Shown: positions 27,047 through 36,687 of the stretch, in pieces
Numbering within the stretch: position 1 is the stretch's first letter
Layout of the letters: each line of letters opens with the position of its first letter
Assembly: GCA_963761335.1 (NCBI GenBank)
Contig: CAVXGR010000015.1
Span: 370,970-434,969, forward strand
From: an uncultured delta proteobacterium
Lineage (GTDB): Bacteria > Desulfobacterota > Binatia > HRBIN30 > BPIQ01
Length of the DNA stretch: 64,000 bases
Reading direction: 5' to 3'
Position numbers and translations under genes: made by a program
Notes under the pieces: generated by a model
Seen by the model: only the letters and a program-made list of their open reading frames with translations
Told to the model about the DNA's origin: nothing
Database searches by the model: none

Positions 27047-27866
27047 CGGCGCGGTTGGCGCGGGCATAGCGCCGAGCCTGCGCGGTCACCGGCGAGGAGC
27101 ACAAGGGCAGATAGTAATCGCCGTGCACGCTGTGGCTCCACTCGACCGGCGCCAGCGAGTTGACCACGCGGATGTCGGTCGAGAAGCGCGTGGTGCAGCC
27201 GTCGTTGGTGCCGCTGCCGTGCACCAGCGACAGGCTGAACAGCAAGGCCTCGCCGACGCGCAGCGGCACCGGCGTGGCGCGCCCTGCCAGGGACGGGTCC
27301 AGCAGCTTCGGTGCGTACGAGTAGCCGAGCTGATGCTTGGGAGAGCCGGGAGTGACATCACCGCCCGAGCCGCGCACCCACGGGTACGCCGAGTCGGGCT
27401 CGGCGTGCGAGCCGCTGACGACGCGCAGCGCAGCCTCCTCGGGCACGTCGGTGAACGGAATGAAGACGGAGATCTCGTAGGCGCTCGACCCGTAGTACGT
27501 GTCGCGGTGGAGGGGAACGGCGTCGCCCGGCCGGCCCGGCCGCACGACGCGCAGGTAGGGATACTTCTGGACGTGCAGGTCCAATCCGATGAAGCTCCGA
27601 AAGAACGCGAGGTGGCTACGGATCAGCTCGGTGCCGAAGCCTTCTCGCCAGAAGAAGGTCGAGAGATCGTGGGCGAAGGCGATGTGGCGGTCGTCGTTCT
27701 CGACCAGAGAATGGTACTCCTCGAGACTGGCGAGGCGGGGTAGGGCGGAAGCGCGAAGATGATCCAGCATTCGTTCGCCCACGCGTAGGACCGCGCCGCG
27801 ATCGGGCAGGTCGACCGTCAGCCAGCCTCTCTCAGAGAACTCGGCCTGCTGCTGCTCGATGGTCAT
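27036..27866 (-). CDS. 2OG-Fe(II)/PhyH-family dioxygenase
   Basis: PLHRDTYYG (HxD), LVHGS, TRFSTDIR. Confidence 0.85.
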   Translation of the reverse strand: MTIEQQQAEFSERGWLTVDLPDRGAVLRVGERMLDHLRASALPRLASLEEYHSLVENDDRHIAFAHDLSTFFWREGFGTELIRSHLAFFRSFIGLDLHVQKYPYLRVVRPGRPGDAVPLHRDTYYGSSAYEISVFIPFTDVPEEAALRVVSGSHAEPDSAYPWVRGSGGDVTPGSPKHQLGYSYAPKLLDPSLAGRATPVPLRVGEALLFSLSLVHGSGTNDGCTTRFSTDIRVVNSLAPVEWSHSVHGDYYLPLCSSPVTAQARRYARANRAVSD

Positions 27867-29067
27867 CGGCTCGCGAAGCTCCTTTCTTCTCGCGCCCACC
27901 GCTCTGCCGGGCGCGCTCGTAGATCGACAGTAGGCGGGCGCCGGCGACGGAGGGAAGATGTGTCGCTTCATAGCGCGCCCGCGCCGCAATGCCCATTCGC
28001 CGGCACTCGTCGCGGTGTGCGGCGGCCCAGCGAACCTGGCGCACCAGGGCGCCGCGATCGCCCGCGGCGAACACGAGCCCGGTCTCGCGGTGCAGCACGC
28101 TCTCGGCTCGCGTTCCGGTGTCGGCGGCGATCACCGGCGTGGCCGCCGAGAAGCTCTCGGGGATGACCAGCGGCGCCGGCTCTTCCCACAGGGACGGCAG
28201 GAGCAGGGCGATGGCGCCTTGCATCTGGCGGGCAACGTCGGCGGGGGAGAGCGAGCCCAGATAGCGCACGCCGGGGAGCCTCTCGGCCGCAGCGCGCACC
28301 TGCGGCTCCAGGACACCGTGTCCGGCGATGCGCAGCGGCAGATCGCCGAGCTCTTCCCAGGCTTCCAGCAGTGTGTGGATACCCTTCTCGGGGGCGAGGC
28401 GTCCGGCGTAGAGGAAGTACGCGCGCTCTGACTTGCCCGCTCCGCGATCGGGTGCCGTCTGCGGGTTGACGACGATGCGACGCGCCTCGATGCCGGCGCG
28501 CACGAAGCGGGCGCGGACCGAGGCGCTGGGGGCGATGAACAGATCGACGGCGCGGTTCCAGGTGTCGAGCAGGTGATGTGCGGCAAAGGCCGATGCCTTC
28601 ACCGCGGTGCGCGACAGGCTGCCGCCGGCGCATCGATGTCGCAGCGCCGGCCATGGGAAGGCACGCCCGATACAGAGCTCGCACGGCTGCCCATTGCGGA
28701 GCAGGGCATCGGCGGCGCAGAGGATTCGATAGTTGTGCAGCGTCTGTACCACGGGCGCGCCCGAGCGGCGGCACTCGTAGTACACCGAGGGCGTGAGCTG
28801 CGGCCAGAAGTTGTGGATGTGGACGATATCGGGGGCGAAGCTCGCCAGCAGCCCGCGCACCTTCCGGCGGCTCCGCCGCGAGTAGCCGGCCCCGATCAGC
28901 ACCATTCCCTTGCCCAGCAGCGAAGCGCCGGGGCGCGCCGGCGGCCACTCGACCAGCTGCGTGGCGACCCCCATGGCTTCCAGAATCGCGCCTTCCCGCT
29001 CGACCACGTGCAGCTCGCCGCTGGGGAGGGGCTCGTGGTAGCGGTCGTGCAGGAGGAGAACTCTCAT
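27832..29067 (-). CDS. GT4 glycosyltransferase
   Basis: MRVLLLHDRY, VHIHNFWP, TLHNYR, AGRLAPEKG, PSLWEEP...IPE. Confidence 0.92.
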   Translation of the reverse strand: MRVLLLHDRYHEPLPSGELHVVEREGAILEAMGVATQLVEWPPARPGASLLGKGMVLIGAGYSRRSRRKVRGLLASFAPDIVHIHNFWPQLTPSVYYECRRSGAPVVQTLHNYRILCAADALLRNGQPCELCIGRAFPWPALRHRCAGGSLSRTAVKASAFAAHHLLDTWNRAVDLFIAPSASVRARFVRAGIEARRIVVNPQTAPDRGAGKSERAYFLYAGRLAPEKGIHTLLEAWEELGDLPLRIAGHGVLEPQVRAAAERLPGVRYLGSLSPADVARQMQGAIALLLPSLWEEPAPLVIPESFSAATPVIAADTGTRAESVLHRETGLVFAAGDRGALVRQVRWAAAHRDECRRMGIAARARYEATHLPSVAGARLLSIYERARQSGGREKKGASRADDHRAAAGRVL

Positions 29068-29153
29068 CGCGGTCGCGTGGCTATCTCGCCACTGCGCCGC
29101 GATTGCAAGCGAAGGTCCCGGGAGCGCGGCCAGCTTGGCCGCAACGGCCGCGG

Positions 29154-30218
29154 TCACACCGGGCCGAGCCGAGTCGAGCTCCTCCCCTCGGGCCACGGTG
29201 CGCCGGCGATGCCGAGCCGGACGCGGTAGAGCTCGTCGCGTCCGGTCAGATACAGACCCCGCCGGTCCTCGTCGCCCCAGGCGCAGTTGGAGGGCTCGCG
29301 CAGCGTACGGATCAATCCGAGCACGGCGCCGCTCGGCGCGACGATCCACAGCCCGCTGGGGCCGGTGCAGTAGAGATTCCCCTCGCGGTCGACCTTCATG
29401 CCGTCGGGCGGCTGCCCTCTGACGTCGCTCAGGTCGAGAAAGACGATGCCGTTGGCGAGCGAGCCGTCGGCCCGCACCTCGTAGCGCATCCAGACCTTCC
29501 GGCGCGGGTCGGAGTTGGAGACGTAGAGGTACTTCTCGTCGGGCGAGAACGCCAGGCCGTTGGGCCGCTTCATTTCGCGGCTGAGGAGCTGGAGAACGCC
29601 GCCGGCGATTCGATAGATGCCGTTGAAGCTCAGCTCTTTTTCCGGAGAGGCATCCTCGCCGATCAGACCGTGGGGCGGATCCGTGAAGTAGAGAGAGCCG
29701 TCCGACCTGTAGACGAGATCGTTCGGGCTGTTCAGGCGCTTGCCGTCGTACCGCGCGGCAAGAACCGTCAGGCTTCCGTCCGCTTCGAGCCGCGTGACCC
29801 GGCGGTTTCCGGGCTCGCAGATGGTGAGGCGGCCCTGCCGGTCGAGCGCCATGCCGTTCGAGCCCATGGCAGGCCCGGGCGGTCTGTCGCTGCCGGCGTA
29901 GCCGCTGCGCCGGCGGACCACCGACACGCCGTCCGTCGCGCTCCACCTGCGGATGACGTTGTTGGGAAGATCGCCGAAGAGCAGAGAGCCGTCCGGCATC
30001 CACACCGGGCCCTCGGTGAACTCGAAGCCCCGCGCCAAGCGTTCGACGCGGGTGCCCGCGGGTGCGATGCGCTCGAGCTCCGGAGATCTCTTCTTCACCG
30101 TTCCGGGTCGGCGGAAGGGCGCGAGGGCGTGCGCGAGCCGGTCGAAGCCCCGTCTTCGCAGTTGGTACGGCAGCCCCGCGCCCAGACGGCCGAGCCTCTC
30201 GAAGCTTCGGTGGGGCAT
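29154..30218 (-). CDS. SMP-30/gluconolactonase/LRE family protein
   Basis: FTEGPVW, GSNG, LNSPND, YFTDP, PNG, PDGMKVD. Confidence 0.93.
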   Translation of the reverse strand: MPHRSFERLGRLGAGLPYQLRRRGFDRLAHALAPFRRPGTVKKRSPELERIAPAGTRVERLARGFEFTEGPVWMPDGSLLFGDLPNNVIRRWSATDGVSVVRRRSGYAGSDRPPGPAMGSNGMALDRQGRLTICEPGNRRVTRLEADGSLTVLAARYDGKRLNSPNDLVYRSDGSLYFTDPPHGLIGEDASPEKELSFNGIYRIAGGVLQLLSREMKRPNGLAFSPDEKYLYVSNSDPRRKVWMRYEVRADGSLANGIVFLDLSDVRGQPPDGMKVDREGNLYCTGPSGLWIVAPSGAVLGLIRTLREPSNCAWGDEDRRGLYLTGRDELYRVRLGIAGAPWPEGRSSTRLGPV

Positions 30219-30270
30219 CGTAGAAGGGCCTATGTAGAAGAGCCTATGTAGAAGAGCCGCGCCGCGATGC

Positions 30271-30381
30271 TCAGCGTCTGGCCGCGAGTCGGCGAGATCC
30301 GAGTGCTGCCACGCCCAGAGCTGCGAGAACCAGAATCAGCAGGGCCGACATTGCCGGAGAGAGCGCCGGGGCCTCGCCTCC
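30271..30381 (-). pseudogene. Orphan C-terminal sorting-signal fragment of a deleted secreted-protein paralog
   Basis: GEAPALSPAMSALLILVLAALGVAALGSRRLAARR*, nearly identical to the end of 32111..33118. Confidence 0.8.
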
Positions 30382-30499
30382 GCGCCTGTTTCCGTGCGCC
30401 ACGCGCCAGGTCTCCTCTCCCGCATCGCCTGCGGGAGAGGAACAAGGTGGATCTGCGCGGCATTCAAGGAATCCGGCGCCCTCACGCCGGCCCCCGCCT

Positions 30500-31609
30500 T
30501 CACCCTACCCGCTCGGCGATAATGCGGCGCCGCAGTGCCAGGAACGCGATCCCGGCAAGCAGCACCCCGGCCAGCAAAAGGCCCAAGGGCGACATCGCCG
30601 GTGCAGGCGCCGGGCAGATCAGGGGGACGAACAAGTCAGGTGTGCAGGTCAGCTGGTAGCTCCCTGCGTCGCATGCGCTTGCCGGGCGCGTGACACCGCG
30701 CTGGTCAGTTCCACCCGCGCACGCCGTGTTCCGCGCCAGAGCCGGGGACCCTACCTGGAGCGCCATCGTGTAGGTCCGGCCGCCGTTGTCGGCGAGCGAG
30801 CCGAGCATCGGGTCGACCGAGGCTGGGTAGGTGCCGATGATGTCGGTCGCGAGCGGGGCGAAGGCGCCGCTGTAGTTGTTCCCGACCACATTGAACCCGC
30901 CGGAGTGGATCGTGCCGCCGATGTTGAACTCGACGCCCGCCCCGGTGTTCCCGGCGAGGATCGAGGAGGTCAAGGTCGAGCCCGAGTCGGCGCACCCGAC
31001 CCAGATCCCGCCCACCGCGACCGTGGCGACGTTCTTGACGACGGTCGAGTCGATCACGTCGGCGCGGTCGCCGTCGCAGCCGCTGTAGGCCATGATGGCT
31101 CCGCCCTGGGCGGCCGTGTTGTCAGTGATGGTTGAGTTCTTCACCGTGACATGGCCGCCCGCGACGACGAAAATGCCGCCGCCGTAGGATGAGGAATGAT
31201 TGCCGTTGATCGTGGAGCTCTCCACGGTCACCTCGGTCAGGCCGCCGACCAAGAGACCGCCGCCGCCAGCGGTCTCGTTGCCGTTGGTGAGGGTCAGGCC
31301 ACTCAGCATCGTCGTCGTGCTCCCGGTCGTCAGCGGTCGCCCGCTTCCCCCGCCGCTGAGTGTCGGGTGCGGCCCGACACCGACGAGCGTCAGGTCCTTG
31401 CCGGTGATCGTGAAGTTCCCCGTGCAGGTCCCCTGGATCTCGAGCGTGTCGCCTGAGCCGGCGCCGTCGATCGCGGCCTGCAGATCGTCTCCGTTGCCGC
31501 AATCCACCAGGGTCGTCGTCGCCGCCGCGCTCGACGCCGAGCCGAAGAGCGTGAGGACGATCACCGCAGTCGAGATCGCCGCGATCCACTTTGTGACGCG
31601 TGAGACCAT
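30500..31609 (-). CDS. Secreted beta-helix / choice-of-anchor-Q protein with IPTL-CTERM-like tail
   Basis: Signal peptide, GGG/STI..N repeats, LGSLADNGG..TMAL..GSPA, DQRG..R...CD.G, tail APAMSPLGLLL...RRR. Confidence 0.85.
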   Translation of the reverse strand: MVSRVTKWIAAISTAVIVLTLFGSASSAAATTTLVDCGNGDDLQAAIDGAGSGDTLEIQGTCTGNFTITGKDLTLVGVGPHPTLSGGGSGRPLTTGSTTTMLSGLTLTNGNETAGGGGLLVGGLTEVTVESSTINGNHSSSYGGGIFVVAGGHVTVKNSTITDNTAAQGGAIMAYSGCDGDRADVIDSTVVKNVATVAVGGIWVGCADSGSTLTSSILAGNTGAGVEFNIGGTIHSGGFNVVGNNYSGAFAPLATDIIGTYPASVDPMLGSLADNGGRTYTMALQVGSPALARNTACAGGTDQRGVTRPASACDAGSYQLTCTPDLFVPLICPAPAPAMSPLGLLLAGVLLAGIAFLALRRRIIAERVG

Positions 31610-32014
31610 GTCCCCCTCCTTCTTTGCCGTTGCTGATGCCGGCGCCGGCGCTGGTACCGCTGCCGGCAGCTTGCGCCGCTAGCGACGCGTCAGTGCTGCC
31701 CTCCTGGATTCCCCCATTGCGCTTCGCCAGCGCAGCGCATGGAGCCCGGGCTGGCGAAGCACGCCGCGAAACCGCACACAGCCTGCGCCGCTCAGTTGCT
31801 TCGCTCGACCGAAAAGCAAATGGAGAGAGCGAGTGGCGGATCGGTAGATGGGCTCCACACTTGAACGGGTCGAGGTGCACGGGGGGCGATGCCAGTGGCA
31901 CGTACTTGGTAAGTCAACCCGTTACCATTGCACAGAGCCCGTTCCTACTTCGTTGCGCGCCAATTGGTCAAGCCGTAGGTCAACGTAGATCTACAGATTG
32001 CGTGCCCTCGCCCT

Positions 32015-32064
32015 GTAGAAGCGCCGTCCCGGCGCTTTCCGAAGCGGCGAGACGCCGCTTCTAC
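32015..32064. repeat. GTAG-type REP doublet (inverted copy of 19980-20029)
   Basis: GTAGAAGCGCCGTCCCGGCGCTTTCCGAAGCGGCGAGACGCCGCTTCTAC. Confidence 0.8.
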
Positions 32065-32110
32065 TTTGCCGGCGTGCCGGCGCTGGCGGTAACCCCGATG
32101 CCGGCGTTTC

Positions 32111-33118
32111 TCAGCGTCTGCTCGCGAATCGGCGAGATCCGAGCGCAGTGACGCCCAGACCGGCGAGGACCAGAATCAGCAGCGCCGACATCGCCGGAGA
32201 GAGTGCCGGGGCCTCGCCGCTTCCCGGCAGCAGTCGCTCGATCGTGTCGAAGCCGACAGGCCGCCTGTCGTCGAAAGTCCACACCCCCTGATACCCGGAA
32301 GCCGTCCGCCCCGCCGTCAGCTGTGGATTCGTCGTGCCAGCCAGGACGACGTTCAGCGTGTCACCGGGATTTGCGGGTGGTGCCGGATCGTTGCCGCTGA
32401 CCTGAATTCCCGCAAGATTGGAGGGAGTCACGGTGAAGTAGTCAGCGCCCCCGCCTCCGCTGAGGAGCAAGAGGAGCAAATTACCCACCTGGCCCCCGAC
32501 GTCCGCGGCGATCGAGTCGGCCCCCTGGCCTCCCATGAAGGTGAGCCTGGTGATCCCGGATTCGTAGCTGATGTTCCCCACGGAGGCCCCGATGATCTGC
32601 GTCGGAGTGATATTCACGGTTCGCCCCGTGGGATCTGCGGAGTCGTCGATTATCAGCGAGCCGACACCTCCCGAGTCGCTGACACTCACGTCCGCCTGAA
32701 TGCCGGTCAGAGTGCCGTTGCCGATGATGGTCGTGTCCGGATTTCCGACGGCCGTGTCGATGCTGGTCGGATCGTTCACGGACAGGATGTGAAAGGTGTC
32801 TGTGCCGCCGTCGGAGTTGAGATTCAGCGACACGATCCCGGAGACCGTCACCGTATTGGTTCCGCTTCCACCGACGGTGGCGGTGCCGTTGTTGGTCACG
32901 TTGATGATGCTGACGGTGTCGCTGATCGTGTAGGTCCCGGCTGCGTAGGAGACGGTGACGTCGTTGCCCGATGTGTCGCCTTGGAAGTCGAGGGCGTTCC
33001 CCACGTCGATGGTGATGCTGTCGGCAGCCATTGCGGCGGAGGCCAGCAACAGTGGCGTCAGCAGAGCCAGAAGGAAGAGGCGGAGTTGCCGAAGAGCCGT
33101 AGCGCTAGTCTTCATCAC
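32111..33118 (-). CDS. Secreted Gly/Asp/Thr-rich repeat protein with IPTL-CTERM-like tail
   Basis: Signal peptide ending AMA, GGxGxD repeats, tail EAPALSPAMSALLILVL...RR. Confidence 0.8.
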   Translation of the reverse strand: MMKTSATALRQLRLFLLALLTPLLLASAAMAADSITIDVGNALDFQGDTSGNDVTVSYAAGTYTISDTVSIINVTNNGTATVGGSGTNTVTVSGIVSLNLNSDGGTDTFHILSVNDPTSIDTAVGNPDTTIIGNGTLTGIQADVSVSDSGGVGSLIIDDSADPTGRTVNITPTQIIGASVGNISYESGITRLTFMGGQGADSIAADVGGQVGNLLLLLLSGGGGADYFTVTPSNLAGIQVSGNDPAPPANPGDTLNVVLAGTTNPQLTAGRTASGYQGVWTFDDRRPVGFDTIERLLPGSGEAPALSPAMSALLILVLAGLGVTALGSRRFASRR

Positions 33119-33284
33119 GTGACCTCCGAAACGGAGCAGTCGCAGTTTTCGTTTCCGCGCGCCTCGCTTACGTCAAGGGCAAGGTCATGTCAAATCAGCC
33201 TTTTTTTCTTCTGGTGCCGTCCTGAGAGAGGCGCGGCCTGCGGATTGCGCTCGCCGTAGCCAGCCCATGTTGCCGGCACCTATG

Positions 33285-33437
33285 TCATCCCCGGTTCTCA
33301 TTCCCGGTTCTCGTCCCGTCGTTTTCCATTCGCTCTGAAAGCTCCGAGTACGTCGCGGAGCCGACCGATTTCAGCGGGCCCGCAAAACAATGGAAGACGA
33401 CGGGATGAGAACCGGGGATGAGAACCGGAAATGAGAA
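33285..33437. repeat. ~150-bp long-inverted-repeat element, copy 1
   Basis: TCATTCCCGGTTCTC.TCCCGTCGT.TTCCATT ... AATGGAAGACGACGGGATGAGAACCGG. Confidence 0.8.
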
Positions 33438-33503
33438 AGGGGGGCGCCCCTTCCGCCAGGGTGGTTGACATCGCCGCGGGAAGAATGAAGGTATGCCGCA
33501 TGG

Positions 33504-33589
<86 letters not shown>

Positions 33590-33674
33590 TTCCTCTCCTT
33601 CTCTGGCGGGCGAAGGGCGACAAAGCCGGGTTGATGTGTCATAAGGGAGGCTCCACGCGAGAAAACGGTGGGCA

Positions 33675-33786
<112 letters not shown>

Positions 33787-33817
33787 TGCCCATCGGTCGC
33801 AGGAAACCTGAAGCGCA

Positions 33818-35479
33818 ATGTCGTACCTCGTTCTGGCTCGAAAGTGGCGGCCGCAGGTCTTCGACGACGTCGTCGGCCAGGAGCACGTTACCCGCACCCT
33901 GCAGAACGCCATCGTCGCCGACCGCGTCGCCCATGCCTTCCTCTTCTGCGGCATGCGCGGCGTGGGCAAGACGACGGCGGCGCGCCTGTTGGCCAAGGCG
34001 CTCAACTGCGAGAAGGGACCGACGCCGACCCCCTGCAACCAGTGCAGCAACTGCCAGGAGATCACCGCCGGCACCGCCGTCGACGTGCTCGAGATCGACG
34101 GCGCCTCGAACCGGGGCATCAACGAGGTGCGGCAGATCATCGAGAACGTCCGCTACCAGCCGGCCAAGAGCCGCTTCAAGATCTACATCATCGACGAGGT
34201 GCACCAGGTCACCAACGACGCCTTCAACGCCCTCCTCAAGACGATCGAGGAGCCGCCGGCGCACGTGAAGTTCATCCTCGCCACCACCGAGGCGCACAAG
34301 GTGCCGCACACCATCCTGTCGCGTTGCCAGCGCTACGACTTCAAGCGCATCGGCCTGCGCGACATCGCCGGGCGGCTGCAGGAGATCTGCAAGGCCGACA
34401 AGGTCGCGGTGAGCGAGCCGTCGCTGCTGCTGATCGCCCGCGAGGCGGAGGGCAGCATGCGCGACGCGCAGTCGCTGCTCGACCAGGTGATCGCCTTCTC
34501 CGGCAAGAAGATCGCGGACGGCGACGTGGTCGCCGCACTCGGCGTCGCCGATCGCCAGATCCTCTACGCCACCGGCGCCGCCTTCGTCGAGCACCAGGCG
34601 GCGGCGGCGCTCGAGCGCCTGGAGAGCCTGCACCTCTACGGCTATGACCTGCGGCGCTTCGCGCGCGACCTGGTCGAGCACTTCCGCAACCTCGCCGTCG
34701 CCAAGCTCGCCGACAGCGACGCGTTGCTCCCCGATCTCTCCGAGGAGGAGCGCGCCGAGGTGCGGCGCCAGGCGTCGCTGCTCTCGGCCGCGGACATCGA
34801 CCGCTGCTTCCGTATCATGCTGTCCACCGAGGAAGAGGTGTCGCGCTCGCCGTATCCGAAGCTGATCCTGGAAATGGCGGCGATCAAGCTGGCATCGCTG
34901 CCACCGGTGATGCCGATCGAGGAGGTGCTGCAGCGGCTCGACAGCGCCGGCGGCGGCAACGGCGGTAGCTCCGGCAGCGCCGGCGGCGGTGGAGGGCCAC
35001 GCCCGGCGGCGGCGCGCGAGCCGTCGAGCCGTCGAGCCGCGACCGTCGAGGCGGCGCCGTCCGCAACCGTCGATGCCCAGCCCGCTGCCGGGGGGAACGG
35101 CGGCTCCTGGAGCGAGTTCCTCGACTTCGTCGGCCGCGAGAAGCACACGCTGGCGCCGCATCTGCAGCAGTGCGAGCCGGGCGCCGTACAGGAGGGTCGC
35201 CTCGATCTGGTGATCCCCTCAGGGTTCCATCACGATTATCTCGCCCGCCGCGAGCACCTGCTGCTGGTCGAGGAGCTGGCGACGCGTTTCTACGGGCGGC
35301 CGGTGCGCGCCGGCCTGCACGCCACCGCTCCCGCTCCCAGGCCGCAGAAGGTGGAGCCCGACAAGCGCGAGCTGGCGAAGGAGGTCCTCGGCGATCCGGC
35401 GGTGAAGACCGTGGTGGACATTCTCGGCGGCGAGGTGCAGGAGATCAAAACCAGGAGCACCGCGGAGATCAAGCCATGA
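33818..35479 (+). CDS. dnaX: DNA polymerase III subunit gamma/tau
   Basis: MSYLVLARKWRP, GMRGVGKTT, EIDGASN, IIDEVH, SRCQ. Confidence 0.98.
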   Translation: MSYLVLARKWRPQVFDDVVGQEHVTRTLQNAIVADRVAHAFLFCGMRGVGKTTAARLLAKALNCEKGPTPTPCNQCSNCQEITAGTAVDVLEIDGASNRGINEVRQIIENVRYQPAKSRFKIYIIDEVHQVTNDAFNALLKTIEEPPAHVKFILATTEAHKVPHTILSRCQRYDFKRIGLRDIAGRLQEICKADKVAVSEPSLLLIAREAEGSMRDAQSLLDQVIAFSGKKIADGDVVAALGVADRQILYATGAAFVEHQAAAALERLESLHLYGYDLRRFARDLVEHFRNLAVAKLADSDALLPDLSEEERAEVRRQASLLSAADIDRCFRIMLSTEEEVSRSPYPKLILEMAAIKLASLPPVMPIEEVLQRLDSAGGGNGGSSGSAGGGGGPRPAAAREPSSRRAATVEAAPSATVDAQPAAGGNGGSWSEFLDFVGREKHTLAPHLQQCEPGAVQEGRLDLVIPSGFHHDYLARREHLLLVEELATRFYGRPVRAGLHATAPAPRPQKVEPDKRELAKEVLGDPAVKTVVDILGGEVQEIKTRSTAEIKP

Positions 35480-35793
35480 GCAAAGGTATCGGAGACATCT
35501 TCAAGCAGGCGCAGGACCTGCAATCGCGCCTGAGCGAGATTCAGCAGCAGGCGGGGGAGAGGACGGTCGAGGCCACCGCCGGCGGCGGCATGGTCACGGC
35601 GGTGGTCAACGGGCGCATGGAGGTGGTGCGCCTGCGCATCGAGAAAGAGGTGTTCGACTCCGGCGACACGGAGATGCTCCAGGATCTGGTCATCGCCGCG
35701 ATCAACCAGGCGCTGCGCTCGGCGCAGCAGATGATGGCCGAGGAGATGAGCAAGCTCACCGGCGGCATCAAGATTCCCGGCTTCAACGCCTGA
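35476..35793 (+). CDS. ybaB: YbaB/EbfC nucleoid-associated protein
   Basis: KQAQ..., AGGGMV, EMLQDLVIAA; located between dnaX and recR. Confidence 0.96.
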   Translation: MSKGIGDIFKQAQDLQSRLSEIQQQAGERTVEATAGGGMVTAVVNGRMEVVRLRIEKEVFDSGDTEMLQDLVIAAINQALRSAQQMMAEEMSKLTGGIKIPGFNA

Positions 35794-35795
35794 AC

Positions 35796-36395
35796 GTGTC
35801 CGCCTTTCCGCCGCCCGTCGCCCGCCTGATCGAGGAGCTGTCCCGGCTCCCCGGCATCGGCGAGAAGACCGCCACGCGTCTCGCCTTCCACCTGCTGCGC
35901 ACCGAGAGGCACCACGTCGAGGCGCTGGCACAGGCGCTCGCCGGGCTGCGCGACGGCACGCGCCTGTGCTCCGTCTGCTTCGGCCTGACCGACACCGATC
36001 CCTGCCGCCTGTGTCAGGATCCGCAGCGCAGCGAGGAGCTCATCTGCGTCGTCGAGGAGCCCGCCGATCTGGCGGCGGTGGAGCGCTCCGGGCAGCTGCG
36101 CGGCCGCTACCACGTGCTGCACGGCTCGCTGTCGCCGCTCGACGGCGTCGGCCCGGAGGAGCTGCGCATCAAGGAGCTGCTCGGACGCATCGGCGGAGGC
36201 ACGGTGAAGGAGATTCTCATCGCCACCAACCCGACCGTGGAGGGCGAGGCGACGGCGCTCTATCTCGCCAAGCTGATCAAGCCGCTCGGCGTCCGCGTCA
36301 CCCGTATCGCCCACGGGCTGCCGATGGGCGGCGACGTCGAGTACGCCGACAGCGCCACTCTCAGCCGGGCGCTCGAGGGGCGGAGGGAGATGTAG
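35796..36395 (+). CDS. recR: Recombination mediator RecR
   Basis: LPGIGEKTA, C4 zinc finger, ATNPTVEGEATA. Confidence 0.98.
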   Translation: MSAFPPPVARLIEELSRLPGIGEKTATRLAFHLLRTERHHVEALAQALAGLRDGTRLCSVCFGLTDTDPCRLCQDPQRSEELICVVEEPADLAAVERSGQLRGRYHVLHGSLSPLDGVGPEELRIKELLGRIGGGTVKEILIATNPTVEGEATALYLAKLIKPLGVRVTRIAHGLPMGGDVEYADSATLSRALEGRREM

Positions 36396-36398
36396 GGC

Positions 36399-36640
36399 GG
36401 TAGCTCAGTGGCTCGGTATCTCGGTGGCTCGGTGGCTCGGTTTCTCGGTTGGTGGGTTGTCGGGTTGTCTGGTTGGCGAGTTGTCGAGCTTCGGGGTTGG
36501 TGTCGGAGGGCCGGTCGGTGCGGCATGTAGAAGCGGCGAGACGCCGCTTCTACTCCCAACCCGATAACCCGCAAACTCGAGAACCGATCCACCGAGCCAC
36601 TGATCCACCGATCCACTGAGCCACTGAGCCACCGAGCTAC
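36399..36640. repeat. Inverted arrays of 8-bp tandem repeats around a GTAG REP (36527-36553)
   Basis: (GGTGGCTC/GGTTGTCG)n ... GTAGAAGCGGCGAGACGCCGCTTCTAC ... (GAGCCACT/GATCCACC)n. Confidence 0.85.
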
Positions 36641-36687
36641 GTATCCCGCGTTGCTCTGCAGCCCGGATCGAATTACCGTGAAAGGCG

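Noticed and set aside
29068..30003. Apparent 723-aa extended glycosyltransferase
   Set aside because: The extension overlaps the lactonase in another frame; GT4 starts at 29067.
33818..35479. dnaX programmed frameshift site
   Set aside because: No A AAA AAG or long A-run seen in the linker region.
36399..36640. CRISPR array (also considered for 30220-30258 and 33285-33437)
   Set aside because: No constant repeat with unique 25-45 bp spacers, and no cas genes in the window.
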